Assembly (NCBI GenBank): GCA_002269645.1
Contig: NIVC01000445.1
Coordinates: 124,001-188,000 of the forward strand
Length of the DNA: 64,000 nucleotides
DNA from: Macrostomum lignano
Lineage: Eukaryota
Direction: 5' to 3'
Of the stretch, positions 35,035-47,227 are shown one piece after another. How positions within the stretch are numbered: the stretch's first letter is position 1; every line of letters begins with the position of its first letter. The notes under the pieces are model-generated. The model made no database searches. It worked only from the letters and a program-made list of their open reading frames with translations, and was not told the origin of the DNA. The position numbers were made by a program, and so were the translations under genes.

Positions 35035-35330
35035 AACTACTCCGAAATCCCCTCCACCGAATATAGGACTGTCCCGAAATCCCACCCCGAATATAGGACT
35101 GTCCCGAAATCCCACCCCGAATATAGGACTGCCCTAAAACCCCACCCTGAATATAGGACTGTACCGAAATCTCACCTCGAATATAGGACTGTACCGAAAT
35201 CTCACCTCGAATATAGGACTGTACCGAAATCTCACCTCGAATATAGGACTGTACCGAAATCTCACCTCGAATATAGGACTGTACCGAAATCTCACCTCGA
35301 ATATAGGACCGCACGGAATCTCACCCCGAA
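35035..35330. repeat. 30-bp minisatellite (~10 copies) between SF3B6 and RAD54
   Basis: ccgaaatctcacctcgaatataggactgta repeated. Confidence 0.95.
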
Positions 35331-35904
35331 TATATTAGAACTGTTCCGAAACGGAACTCAGGTGATTAAGACTGGATCAAAATCTCATAAATTAAATGGA
35401 TTAACTCGCCTCTTTCATTATTAATCATCGTCAACTTTTTAATCCAGACTAATGGGTCTGCGCTGCAGTATAGGCACTAGTGCAAGAAAAACAATACAAA
35501 CTTTTAAGATAAAAAAGACTAAATTTATTACCTGAGTCTGAATAACTAGGTTGTTCAGCAGCTTATTCTCGTCTATAAATTTATGAGCACTTCATTTCTC
35601 AAATCGAGTTCTATTCAGTTAAGTGATAATTATATATAAGAATCAAATAAAACGTGAAAGAAACTGATACTACTTGAAGTAGTTAACCATAGATTGCAAA
35701 TATTAATAGAATATTTAAATTTACAGTTATATTTTAATTTCAACCGCATTTTTTAATTTTTGCATAAAACCAGCTTCGGCAGGAAAAAAAAATTGACAGA
35801 GCCCACAAATTAACTATCAAAATACAGATTAGGTCGAAAATTACAAGCGCATCAATATACGCAGTAGTTACAAAAGTAAGTTCGCACAGACAATTCACTT
35901 GGCT

Positions 35905-36276
35905 TCACTGAGCCTTAGGCGTGCCCAAACCGTACTTGGCTTTGATTCTGTCAATCTCCTCTCGCTTGGTCTCTACGCTGACCTTCTTCTGCACCTTTGT
36001 TGGCTGATAATAAAGCACAACCAGGTAGCGATTGCACACATTGAAGCCAGACAGGTGATCGCACGCGTTCTTAGCGTCGAATATGTCCTCGTAAACAACA
36101 AAAGCAGTGCCCCGAGTCTCTGGCGTGTTGCCAACCCGAATCTGCCTGATCGCGCCGTACTTGCCAAAGATGTCGTACATCTCCTCGGCGCTGATGCTGA
36201 ATGGCAGATTTTTTATTAGCAGAATGCGGTTCACCTCCGGGGGCAGGCGGACGTTGAGTCGCTTGGACAGGGCCAT
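35905..36276 (-). CDS. SF3B6: Splicing factor 3B subunit 6 (SF3B14/p14), intronless
   Basis: [86 protein letters not shown] is near-identical to SF3B6. ATG at 36276; AATAAA at 35529-35524. Confidence 0.97.
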   Translation of the reverse strand: MALSKRLNVRLPPEVNRILLIKNLPFSISAEEMYDIFGKYGAIRQIRVGNTPETRGTAFVVYEDIFDAKNACDHLSGFNVCNRYLVVLYYQPTKVQKKVSVETKREEIDRIKAKYGLGTPKAQ

Positions 36277-39200
36277 GCTGGGCTGCTTGCTTGAACAGGG
36301 GCAACAGCGATGAGGATAACAAGCAGCAGGATAGAATTTTGGCATATTATATTATTTTCATTCCTTACTAATAACATCGATCTAAAAGACAAACTGGAAT
36401 ATCAATTATTAGCTCATACTATCCATGATTCCATATCTTATATCTATCCATGTCTCATACCTCAAGACAATTTCAAGATACCTTTAACTTTGCTTCCACA
36501 AGTCATCTTTAGGACATCACATTAAAGACTAGAAATTTACATAAAATATTGCTCCTACTGCCAGTAGAAATTTGCACATACAAATTTACCCAGGCATCAA
36601 ATTGAAGCAAAAAGAAAAAGCTGCAACTTTTTTTGACACATTTCCCTTAATTTTGCTGTATTATATTCTGTGTTCTTTTTTCTTTTTTTAATTCTTTTTA
36701 TGATCTTCTACGCATTCTGGTCCTAAGACCTTTCCTAAGAATTTTAAAAGCACAAAGCTTTTTATATAAGCAAAAAGAATCAAACAAAATATGAAAAAAT
36801 ACTAAAATATCTTTCAAAGTCTCATCAGTCCAAAGTCTTTATCATAAGATTGTAATAATTTATAGATTAATTAATAGACTATAATATTTACTAAATCTAT
36901 CTCTTTAGCCACCAATGAATTTTATTAGTGTTCAGGCCAACCTAGGCATTGAAACTTCCTAGGTTGAGCCAATCCCAATTACTTGGCTTGCAAGCAATTA
37001 ATCAACAGCATATTTCCCATCAAATGATAGACAATAAGACAACTCTAACAGTATTGCATTAATCAAGTTACTGTCACTGCTGATTGGATTGGATACCCTG
37101 TAATTATGAAGTCTAGCATTTTCTAGTTGCATGAAAATGCAAAGAAAAAGTGCCTAGATTATATAAAAAAATCTATTTGACATAGACAAAAATCTTGATA
37201 TAGAATATATACTATCTTGCAAGCAGAAGTGTTATCTAAATAAATTTATTTATATAACTTTCCTAGAATCAAATACAAATAAGCTACAGCATAAGAATAG
37301 TCACCCTTTCAATAGTAAAGAGAGCAATAGCTTTGACTTTGATAGAGATAATGGGATCAATGATAGTGACCACCACCTTTTATCTCTAAGCATACCATTT
37401 ATTGCTCCTCAATCTGGCAAGCCAATACCCATAATTCCTATTAGAGCCAGATCATGACTATAATCAAATTTGATTGAGTCTAAGAAAAAGCAATATTTCA
37501 TTTCAATATATATAATATTTCAAACAATATATCATTCTTAATGCCTAGTGCAATCTAAGAGCCATTACTTAGCAGCTTCTACGTGTTATAAAACTTGAAT
37601 TTCTTAGACCAAAAGACAACTAAAATGCTTTTTGTAGTAAGTATAGCATCAACAATAGCAAGTCTTCTAGGTTCTAGTTAAACTTTTAGTCAGCAGTATT
37701 CTAGAGTTTCAAGAACTAAACTCATTCTTAAAACTTACTTTTCTACTAGCCTAGGTCTATATTTCATGCATTTTCATTCTTTAAACATGCTCAATATTCA
37801 TTATAGCTATAATGCCATAAAGATATTTTAAAATTTACCAATTGGTGGCTAAATAGACAGCAATAGACCTAAAATAATTTGGGTTTTATATGGGATGCCC
37901 CAGTCTATACTTTTATGAAAAGTGTGATTGATCATGGCAAATAGCTACCATATGAATTCTATATACTACTGAGGCTGACTATTTTAATGATGATATCAAA
38001 TATAGATATCTATCATTTATATATATAGTAATGCTTATTTCTGCTTTATTAAAATCCCACCCTTTGTCACAAAGTTTTTAATGGTGCTAAATGTTTTGAC
38101 TATGAAACTTCTACAGATGCCACCAAGTTGTTATAGGTCTTGTACTACTTCTGTTTCTATAATCTCACAATTGGCATAAATCTATTCGACATATTTTTGT
38201 TCTATATTGCAAAATGCTACCAAGTTGATATAGGCCTAGTTCTAATTATTCTTGCCTAAGAAATTTTATTGTTAATACTTATTTCTACTTGACTTTCTTA
38301 GAAAGTCCACAGTAGTGGTTAGTACCTAAGTAGTAAGACACTATGTTCTAATTTGAGTCCTAAAAGTAGTGGCATTTCCCAGGGACCAAGGGTGTCTAGC
38401 TGTAGGTTTCTAGTTAGTTCATACTTCCTTTTTACTTTTGTGCCTATTACCTAGGCCTAATTCTATTTGAGCTTATACAGCTTCTTAATATTTCTATTCC
38501 TAGACCTTTATGACCTTGGTAATTCCCTATTCCAAATTCATATTCTGGGCCTTAACAACCTTGGTAACTCCCTATTACCTAAAATAAATAAAATTCTAAA
38601 GCTTGAATTTTAAAAATCAATTGACTGCCTAACTAGCAGGGTTGGGAATAGTTATAATTTGAGCTCTTCTAGTTAGTTACTTAGTTAATGACAGCTAAAC
38701 AATAAAAAATAACCTTACAACAAATATAATAAATACTTTATAAAACATTTTATCTTTCTAATATCTATTTTGTTAATTAGGCCCTAGGCATATATCCTTA
38801 ATTTTGAAAAATCAATTTAATTTAATTGCTGTATAGAGATGCCCTACATAAGAATTTTGTCTATGGATTGCTCTAGACAATGAGTCATCAGTTTCATAGG
38901 ACTTTTTGTGTTACATTGGATGTTTGTTGTCATGTAGGACATCTCTGAAAACAATCAAAGCATTTCAATGAAGATTTCAAGAAATTGGGCTACTTTTCCA
39001 TAGACAAACTTCACTTATTTTCTTACTTAAATTTACCATAGGCTTAGTATAGATACTTTCTTTTCTTACCGTGAATAAAGCAAACTTTTTTCTAATCAGG
39101 CTATATTTGCACTGACAAATTTCACTTACTTAGATGAATTTGAAGTCACATTCTCTAAAAATTTATTATAGGCCTACCTAGACACTCATTCTCTTCCCTT

Positions 39201-41636
39201 TGAATGCTATATAGTTTTGCATATGCTGGCAAATGAATTTGAACTCACTTTTGATGAATCCAAAGTTAAAAAGGTATATTAACTACAGTATAATACATAT
39301 TAATATACATTTTCAAATGCAACAATTGGTAAGATCAGACATAGTAGATATTTCAACCATAGGCCTAGAGTACACTTTTATATTTATGAATATTTGCTTG
39401 GTTTTTAATAAAGATAAGGCCAACAAAACTATAGATGATAATAAAATGCCTGTGGCTAGGGTCAGATAAAATTTTGATTGATAATTTGTCATCAAGATCT
39501 TGGCCATTTTCTCAATCTCGAACTTGGTTTTGAAATCTAAAGAAACAAGTCAAGATTTCTAACTATAATCTATGTAACTATTTGTGACTATGATTATTAT
39601 ATTTATGTTTGATATTTATCAAGTTATTAACAAGGTCAATATTAGGCCTAAATAATCACTGCACATTTCCTTTCATCATCATTGGCATTGTACACATATA
39701 ACAAATAACATTATTATTTATTATCATTGAATTGAAAGCAGATAGAGTAGGCCCCTGTTCTGTTGCAGGCCTGTCGGGGAAGTCGAGGAAATCCCACACA
39801 TTTAAGCCACAGTTGGGGTCGGACAATTTTCAAGATTGTCAAGACTCGATAGATATCTATTACTGTCAAGTGGGCCTATATATTTACAACGTATTCATTT
39901 CAACCGATTGACATTCAGATTCACATTCAAATTTTAACAAGATTACTTAGATTATTTCTCAACGGATATTTTTTTTTCAAACAGATAATTAAAACAAAAA
40001 TGAATTCATGTTTCAGGAATAGAATCATAAGGCATTCTCTACCCTGACGCCATATTCAGCTTTAAAATAATATAAGTGGAAATTTTTTGTCCTAAAGAAA
40101 ATACATTGGCACGAATACAAATTGTGTGTTTAAAGAGATGAATTTTAGTAGTAGTAAATTTGGCTCACCCGCTTAAAAAATTCAAGCCGATTCCTGGTTA
40201 AATTCCAAGTTAAACTGTGAATATTCAAGGTTTATCTAGGAATGAGAGTTAAGATCGCTTCCAAGTTAAACTGACGTTTGAATTCATTGCACTTTAACAA
40301 AGTACGGATCAAAAAAGTTGAAAAAATGACTGTTAAACTTAGCTAACTGTAAATAAATTTCAAAGTTTAAAGTTAAAATATTAGGCTGAACTTCTGTACA
40401 CACATAAATGAAACGCAGCATGAGAAGTAATAGATTTGAATGTTATCGCGCGCTGCAGCTCCTTGAGATACATTTTTATTTTACAAGCGTGCGCATTCAC
40501 TTGTACATAAATGAACTATCGAATTATCGCGCGCAATCTTTTGGGACATAACTTTCAGACCATAATCTATAAGATTTTACTACAGCCGCATCTGGGGCAT
40601 GAGTTTAAAATTTTGACGCGGCTGAGACACGGCTAGCAACATGGAAGTGCGCATTCTCAGTTTTTGCCTCAATCTCGAAATTGCTTTCTTTTGTTCATTT
40701 CTACTATTTAAAGGGTATTAATAACCAAAATAATTAAAGATCTAAGCGATAGGTGTGCAACTATACTACTAGTTACTGTTTAGTCCTTGGTTTGTGTCTT
40801 GCTATTTATAAAGAATAGATATTTTTATATAATAAATATCTTTTAAATTCTGTCTTGAAACTTTCATAGTAAAAGACACATTGAACACGAATTATGTTTT
40901 ACAGTTATACTAATATATATTTTAGCAAAATATTAATTGCATTGTACTAATAAAAAATAAAGTTAGAAATCTCTATAAAGAAGCATAACTTTTTGTTCTT
41001 CTATCCTCAATTTTAGCAGCTAAAACATGTAGTTTTTTAAATGTAAGAACTATCTCAGCTTTTAGGTAGCTTTATTTTAAAGAGATAATTTTTGTATATA
41101 TTTGAAATAAACAACTAAAATGGTTACCAGTTTTATAGTCACTCAAAATCCTGCTTATCAATGAAAATACCTTTTAAGGCATTTAGAATTTAGTATTGAA
41201 TCACATTATAAATCAATAAATAACTTTAAACCATTAAATCACAAAAATAACATTTTTGCATGCACTTGCATTTGCACTTTGAGCTCCCATCATTTGATTT
41301 TTATCCTCAGTAGTATTTTGTCCTTGTTATTTTTCATAAAATATTTTTTAATTGTGATTACTGACCTCTAGCTTTATCATGTCAGATAAAAAGCAATGTA
41401 TAAGCTGTTGGGCATGTAGAAGCCGTCAGAGCAAAATATTCTTGAATAATATAGGTATATTTGTCTGGAATAAGTAGAAAGTTTAAAAAGTACTACTGTA
41501 AAGTTGTAAAACTGCCAAAGTTGGTAGAAGAAACACAAAAGTTAATAAAAAATGTGCTTCACAAAAATAGTGCAGTACCATCGAAAAATATGACTAATTT
41601 TATTTTCACTGTCCTTGCAGTTATTTCAGGTTGCAC

Positions 41637-42811
41637 ATGGAGCATCAATTAAACAAATGGTTCGTAGTTCGCTTTGCTCAGAATGCGATGCAAGGATGCA
41701 AGGATCAATGAACAGGACTTGTGCGTCATTACTGCAGCGAGCAAAGAAGAGGCTCCTCTACGTCTATGCTACGGGAGGAAAGTACATGTAGCCGCAGCTG
41801 GACGCTCCTCGAGCAGTTTACAACCCGGGACTCTGATGGGCCCTGCTTTGCCTACCTTTGCGCTGATCAGGAACTGCCTCCTAATCATGGGAATAGAGAC
41901 GGTGAGAATGATATGCTGGACAGCGCCTGGCACTTATTTGTTACAGTAGGTGGCTAGCTTGCAAAACTATAGATGAGAAAATGTGGTATTAGCTTACAGT
42001 ATATTTGTGTTATGTTTTGTTTTATGAATTTCCCTAACTTTTTAGGGGCGCCGACAATCGGCAACCGTGCGACTGGAGCAGAAAAACAAAAAGCTCGATA
42101 AGTTGATCGAATTGTGCAGCGCCCAGAGTCACGGTGGTAGGACGGTTGGACAGGCTACACAAGAAAACACGCCTGAGGCTGAACCACAGGACAGGTTGAT
42201 GGAGGAGCAAAATGGCATCGCGACTGGACAGGACGGCGATGAGGCGGCATGTACATGTAATCTGGATGATGAGCTCCCGGCTGTAACAATAAACAAACAG
42301 CGACTCGACATCGCCATTCAGGCTAATGCTGCTGCGCTCGATGCTACGGCAGCCACCAAGCTTTGTTACTAAGGAGCTGCTAATCGAACTAATAGGTATG
42401 AAGGCTTTTCAAACTTAATTTACAATGTCTGTCACTTCCTTGCAAATATAAAGAAGTGATTATCCTGATTTGAAGTTTTAGGTTTTGCAATTTTATAATA
42501 ATAAAAGCGCACTAAAGGTTCGCCATTTATAAAAGTTAAAGTTCAACGGCACATTTATATTTCCTGTTTATTATCATATTTCAGGTCGTGATGCTCTTAC
42601 ATGCGACTCCGGCTCCTATATGCAAGGACTACTTAAGTAGAAGGACGGAAGACTCAGAATTGGTGAAAATTTCATTGGAGGCCGATTTTTCAATGTATCT
42701 CCTGTGTACGCTATTGATCGACAATCCTCTGCGAGTACTGAGGCCCAGCTTGAAATGGCGAAGACGCTAACTGTCCGCGGCGACTTACTCGACGAGCTGC
42801 TCGCCCCCTAG
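41637..42811 (+). pseudogene. Degenerate 3-exon homologue of the transposon BEN-type accessory gene
   Basis: Exons ~41637-41901, 42046-42395, 42585-42811 with consistent GT-AG phases. KWFVVRF..GRKVHVAAAGRSSSSLQPGTLMGP resembles RFFVFQY..GAVVAVVTARSKRS..LGTLIKGP of the 6674-7388 protein, followed by a coiled coil and a BEN-like ATK(F)VTKELLIELIGRDALT. Needs two frameshift corrections and has an internal stop. Confidence 0.5.
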
Positions 42812-45053
42812 AAGCTAAGTGTGTCAGCTAACTGCATTCATTTACAAAAAAATCTTATAACATAAAAAAATTGGATATAAATGCGTTTCCCAAAACACAC
42901 TGCTTTTTATTTCTTATTTTATTCAGTTTCTACTTATAGAAATATTGTGAATACATTCACGCATTCGCTCTTTCCCACGCGCATCTCCAACTGATAACTG
43001 TTCATTTTTCTTGCATTATGGTTAAAATTAAATAAAGAAATAATCGAGATTGGAGACCGTGTAAAAATTAAGAAAAAGTTCTACGTTTTCGTCATTAAAC
43101 AGACTCGTATCCGTGATAAGAGTTATGTACTTTTGTTAAATTTAATAGTGTGAGAGTTAGCGTTGCTACGGCGGGAAAAAAACGGCTGAGATTTGGCGTC
43201 AAAGCTTCTAAATATGAAATTCCAAATTTACTACTACTGCAAAAAACTTTGCGCACTACTAACCGCAGTAGATCAATTCGGACATAACTCCTAAATTTCC
43301 GCGACGCTCATTAAATTAAACAATTCTTCCGTCTTCCTACTTTAACTAGGAACGTCTTCCGACTTACCTGATTGGCTGGCTAACATGGAAGAATAGAGTG
43401 ATTTTAAACCATGAATATGGCTTTTATTTTCTATGCGGGCAGGCTTAAGGAGCCTGTTATGCCAGTATGATCCGATTTATTTATTCAAAAGGTTAAATTT
43501 TACACGGTCGCTGAAAACGAGTACTACACGATATTTGTATTAAGTAAGGTATTTGAAAGGGCGTCAAGAATTTTTTACGGCTTTTTTAGCCGATTAACGA
43601 CTAAAGACGGAAGCAGCAAGAATCTAAGCAGGGAAAAATAGAAAATCGATGTTGTATATATATGACCTTAATGCAAAACGATTCTTCTAAAATGCGATTC
43701 AGAAAAGGTAGTTAAATATTATTTTGTCAATATAACAAATATCTAGTATAATTGAGGAATATAATTGAGGGGAAAAAAGAATTTTAGTGAATTTAGAAGT
43801 ATTTGTTTCACAGAATAATATTTAACTACTCTTTTTGAATCACATTATAGAATAATCGCTTTGCATCGATCAAAGTCATACGGTATCGGTTTTTTATAAT
43901 TTCCTACTTAAAATCTTGTTGTTCTGTTGTTAGTCGTTAGTCGTTCGAAAATACCGTAAAAATTCCAGACGCTCTTTCAAATACCTTACTTATACAGATC
44001 ATTTTTAGAAAGCTCTTGAGGTTTACATTGCAGATAATCAGCGTGATAAATAGTTCAATTTTTACTTTACATCAGCGGCCTGGCTAAACGAAAGAATCAT
44101 TTTGTCAATCATAAAAGACTCGTCATGTAAACCATAAAATGAATTGTCATATGTCAGCTAGCCATAAAAGACTTTCTAAAGATGCCAATTAAGGTTAATA
44201 GGAGGGAATTGCTGAGTTGCCAACGCTCATGGGGAAATCGCTAAAATTCTGTGGCTAAATGCTCATGAAGAATCGCTGAGATGTCAACGGCTTTCGGAGG
44301 AGGTTTGGTGCAATGTACGTTGCACATGGCTTTTGATTATGAGATGTCAAGGTTCATTTGGGAAAGGAAGAATTTGTTTCAGAATAACCTACACTTGTGG
44401 GTTTTGAACAATTTTACAGCCACTACTGTTAGTAATTAAGGAAAATAATGTTGAAAGCAAAAAAGCATCCTAAGCTCCTATAGCAAATCACCCTTTGAGC
44501 TTTGGCTGAGCATCTGAGCAACCTCTCCAAGAGCCACAGCGTTTTAGGAATCCCCCATGCACGAGACTTTTACATTTCAGAAATCCCCTTCGAGACTTTT
44601 CCCAAACAAAAATGTGACAACGCAAAACTGCCGTCAAAAAGAAACGCACCAGCTCAGCTACTGTGTAATTACAAAGCGTGCATCACACACCGTAATCAAC
44701 AGCCTCTCACACTACGACGCCTGATATTCTGACGTAAGGAGCCTTGAAGGAAGATGCGCCTCAGAAGCCTACATCAGCAGGAGATTTCCGCGCTATGTCG
44801 ATGCACAACGATCGAGGGTCAAGTAAGAGCTAACAAGAGAGTGACCCTAAGTGACCCAGTCGATGTTCACCTAGTGGGAGGGAACTGAAGTCTCAGTCGT
44901 TCTCAAGCGAGTCCACCAACAGTCCGACAGGTTCTGCGGGGTGAGGGCTCAGTGGGCTGACTTATAGAAGGCTGCGTGCCAACACCGCACTCCACAAACT
45001 CAGCAAAGCCTCAAGGAGCGGGAAAACAGACGGACGCCCGCCCGCTCGCCGCG

Positions 45054-46317
45054 ACAGATGGCTCGCTCACAGACAACACACCAGATGGCTCGCTCACAGA
45101 AACAACACACCAGATGGCTCGCTCACAGACAACACACTAGATGGCTCGCTCACAGACAACACACTAGATGGCTCGCTCACAGACAACACACTAGATGGCT
45201 CGCTCACAGACGACACACTAGATGGCTCGCTCACAGACAACACACTAGATTGCTCGCTCACAGACACAACACACTAGATGGCTCGCTCACAGACAACACA
45301 CCAGATGGCTCGCTCACAGACAACACACTAGATGGCTCGCTCAACAGACAAGACACCAGATGGCTCGCTCACAGACAATACACTAGATGGCTCGCTCACA
45401 CACAACACACCAGATGGCTCGCTCACAGACACAACACACTAGATGGCTCGCTCACAGACACAACACACTAGATGGCTCGCTCACACACAACACACCAGAT
45501 GGCTCGCTCACAGACACAACACACTAGATGGCTCGCTCACAGACACAACACACCAGATGGCTCGCTCACAGACAACACACTAGATGGCTCGCTCACAGAC
45601 GACACACTAGATGGCTCGCTCACAGACAACACACTAGATTGCTCGCTCACAGACAACACACTAGATGGCTCGCTCACAGACAACACACTAGATGGCTCGC
45701 TCACAGACAACACACTAGATGGCTCGCTCACAGACAACACACCAGATGGCTCGCTCACAGACAACACACTAGATGGCTCGCTCACAGACAACACACCACA
45801 TGGCTCGCTCACAGACAACACACTAGATGGCTCGCTCACAGAAACAACACACCAGATGGCTCGCTCACAGACAACACACCAGATGGCTCGCTCACAGACA
45901 ACACACTAGATGGCTCGCTCAACAGACAAGACACCAGATGGCTCGCTCACAGACAACACACTAGATGGCTCGCTCACACACAACACACCAGATGGCTCGC
46001 TCACAGACACAACACACTAGATGGCTCGCTCACAGACACAACACACTAGATGGCTCGCTCGCAGACACAACACACCAGATGGCTCGCTCACAGACACAAC
46101 ACACTAGATGGCTCGCTCACAGACACAACACACTAGATGGCTCGCTCACAGAAACAACACAACAGATGGCTCGCTCACAGAAACAACACACCAGATGGCT
46201 CGCTCACAGACACAACACACTAGATGGCTCGCTCACAGACACAACACACTAGATGGCTCGCTCACAGACACAACACACTAGATGGCTCGCTCACAGACAC
46301 AACACAACAGATGGCTG
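45054..46317. repeat. ~26-28-bp minisatellite (~45 copies)
   Basis: cactagatggctcgctcacagacaaca and variants. Confidence 0.95.
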
Positions 46318-47227
46318 TCAAGTGTTGTCAAGTCGCTGAAGAATCCCAGAATTTATGACTTTATGTGCTCAGCTCCAATTTTGTTGCCCAGCACAGAAAA
46401 CACTTATAAACTTCCAGTAATTTACAGGCCAGTAATCTCAGTTGTAGGTATGCAGATATTTCTCTTCCCGACACAGCCGATCAATAGTGCTACCTTCATA
46501 AAGCGAAGTTAATTACGTGAAAATACCCACAGGGAAGTCAAGTCATAAGCTAACATTGGAGCGAAATTCATTGCTTTCACAGATTGATTCAATTCAGGGA
46601 GTGGCGACAATAAACGGTTCCCAGCCTTCTTGCATTGCCATTCAGTTGAGATGTATAGCAGGCAATTAAAAAATTGCAAGGCTGGTCTGCTCCCAGATTT
46701 CTGCTTAGATCCTATATGCTAAAACTGGTTTGTTTATTCCTGGAAATGTTTCATTTGGCACCGTATATGAAAATGTAGATTTACGTGCAACCGATAAAAG
46801 ATTTAATTTTAATTCAATCAAATTTCAGTCGCTTTCCAATCTTTTTTCCCATCCTTTTCCCGTCTTTTTCATCCTTTCCCCAAATTTTTCCCAGCCTTTT
46901 CCCATTCTTTCCCCATCTTATTACCATTCGAATGACTCTAATTTTATTTTACTAATTTTAGCGTTTGCATTAAGCTCTGCCGGCTTCTTAAGATTTCATT
47001 ATAAATATAATTCTTTCAAACAACTCATTCGGCGAAAAGCAATAGTCTATGGCCAACAAATTTATGATCATCAATAAACCCGTTGGGATATCGAAGATGA
47101 AAATTATTCAGCATTTGAGCACCCAAATCGTTTCGACAAAAATTTGTCGAATCCTGTTGCGTTAACGCCTAAAAACAAATCGTGAGCTCGGTTAAATAAT
47201 TGTCCAAGTCAACAGTACCGACTCAAA

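Noticed and set aside
45054-46317. Regular ~27-bp repeat array (and other 20-35-bp arrays) as a possible CRISPR
   Set aside because: Units are directly adjacent with no unique spacers, there are no cas genes, and the context is eukaryotic.
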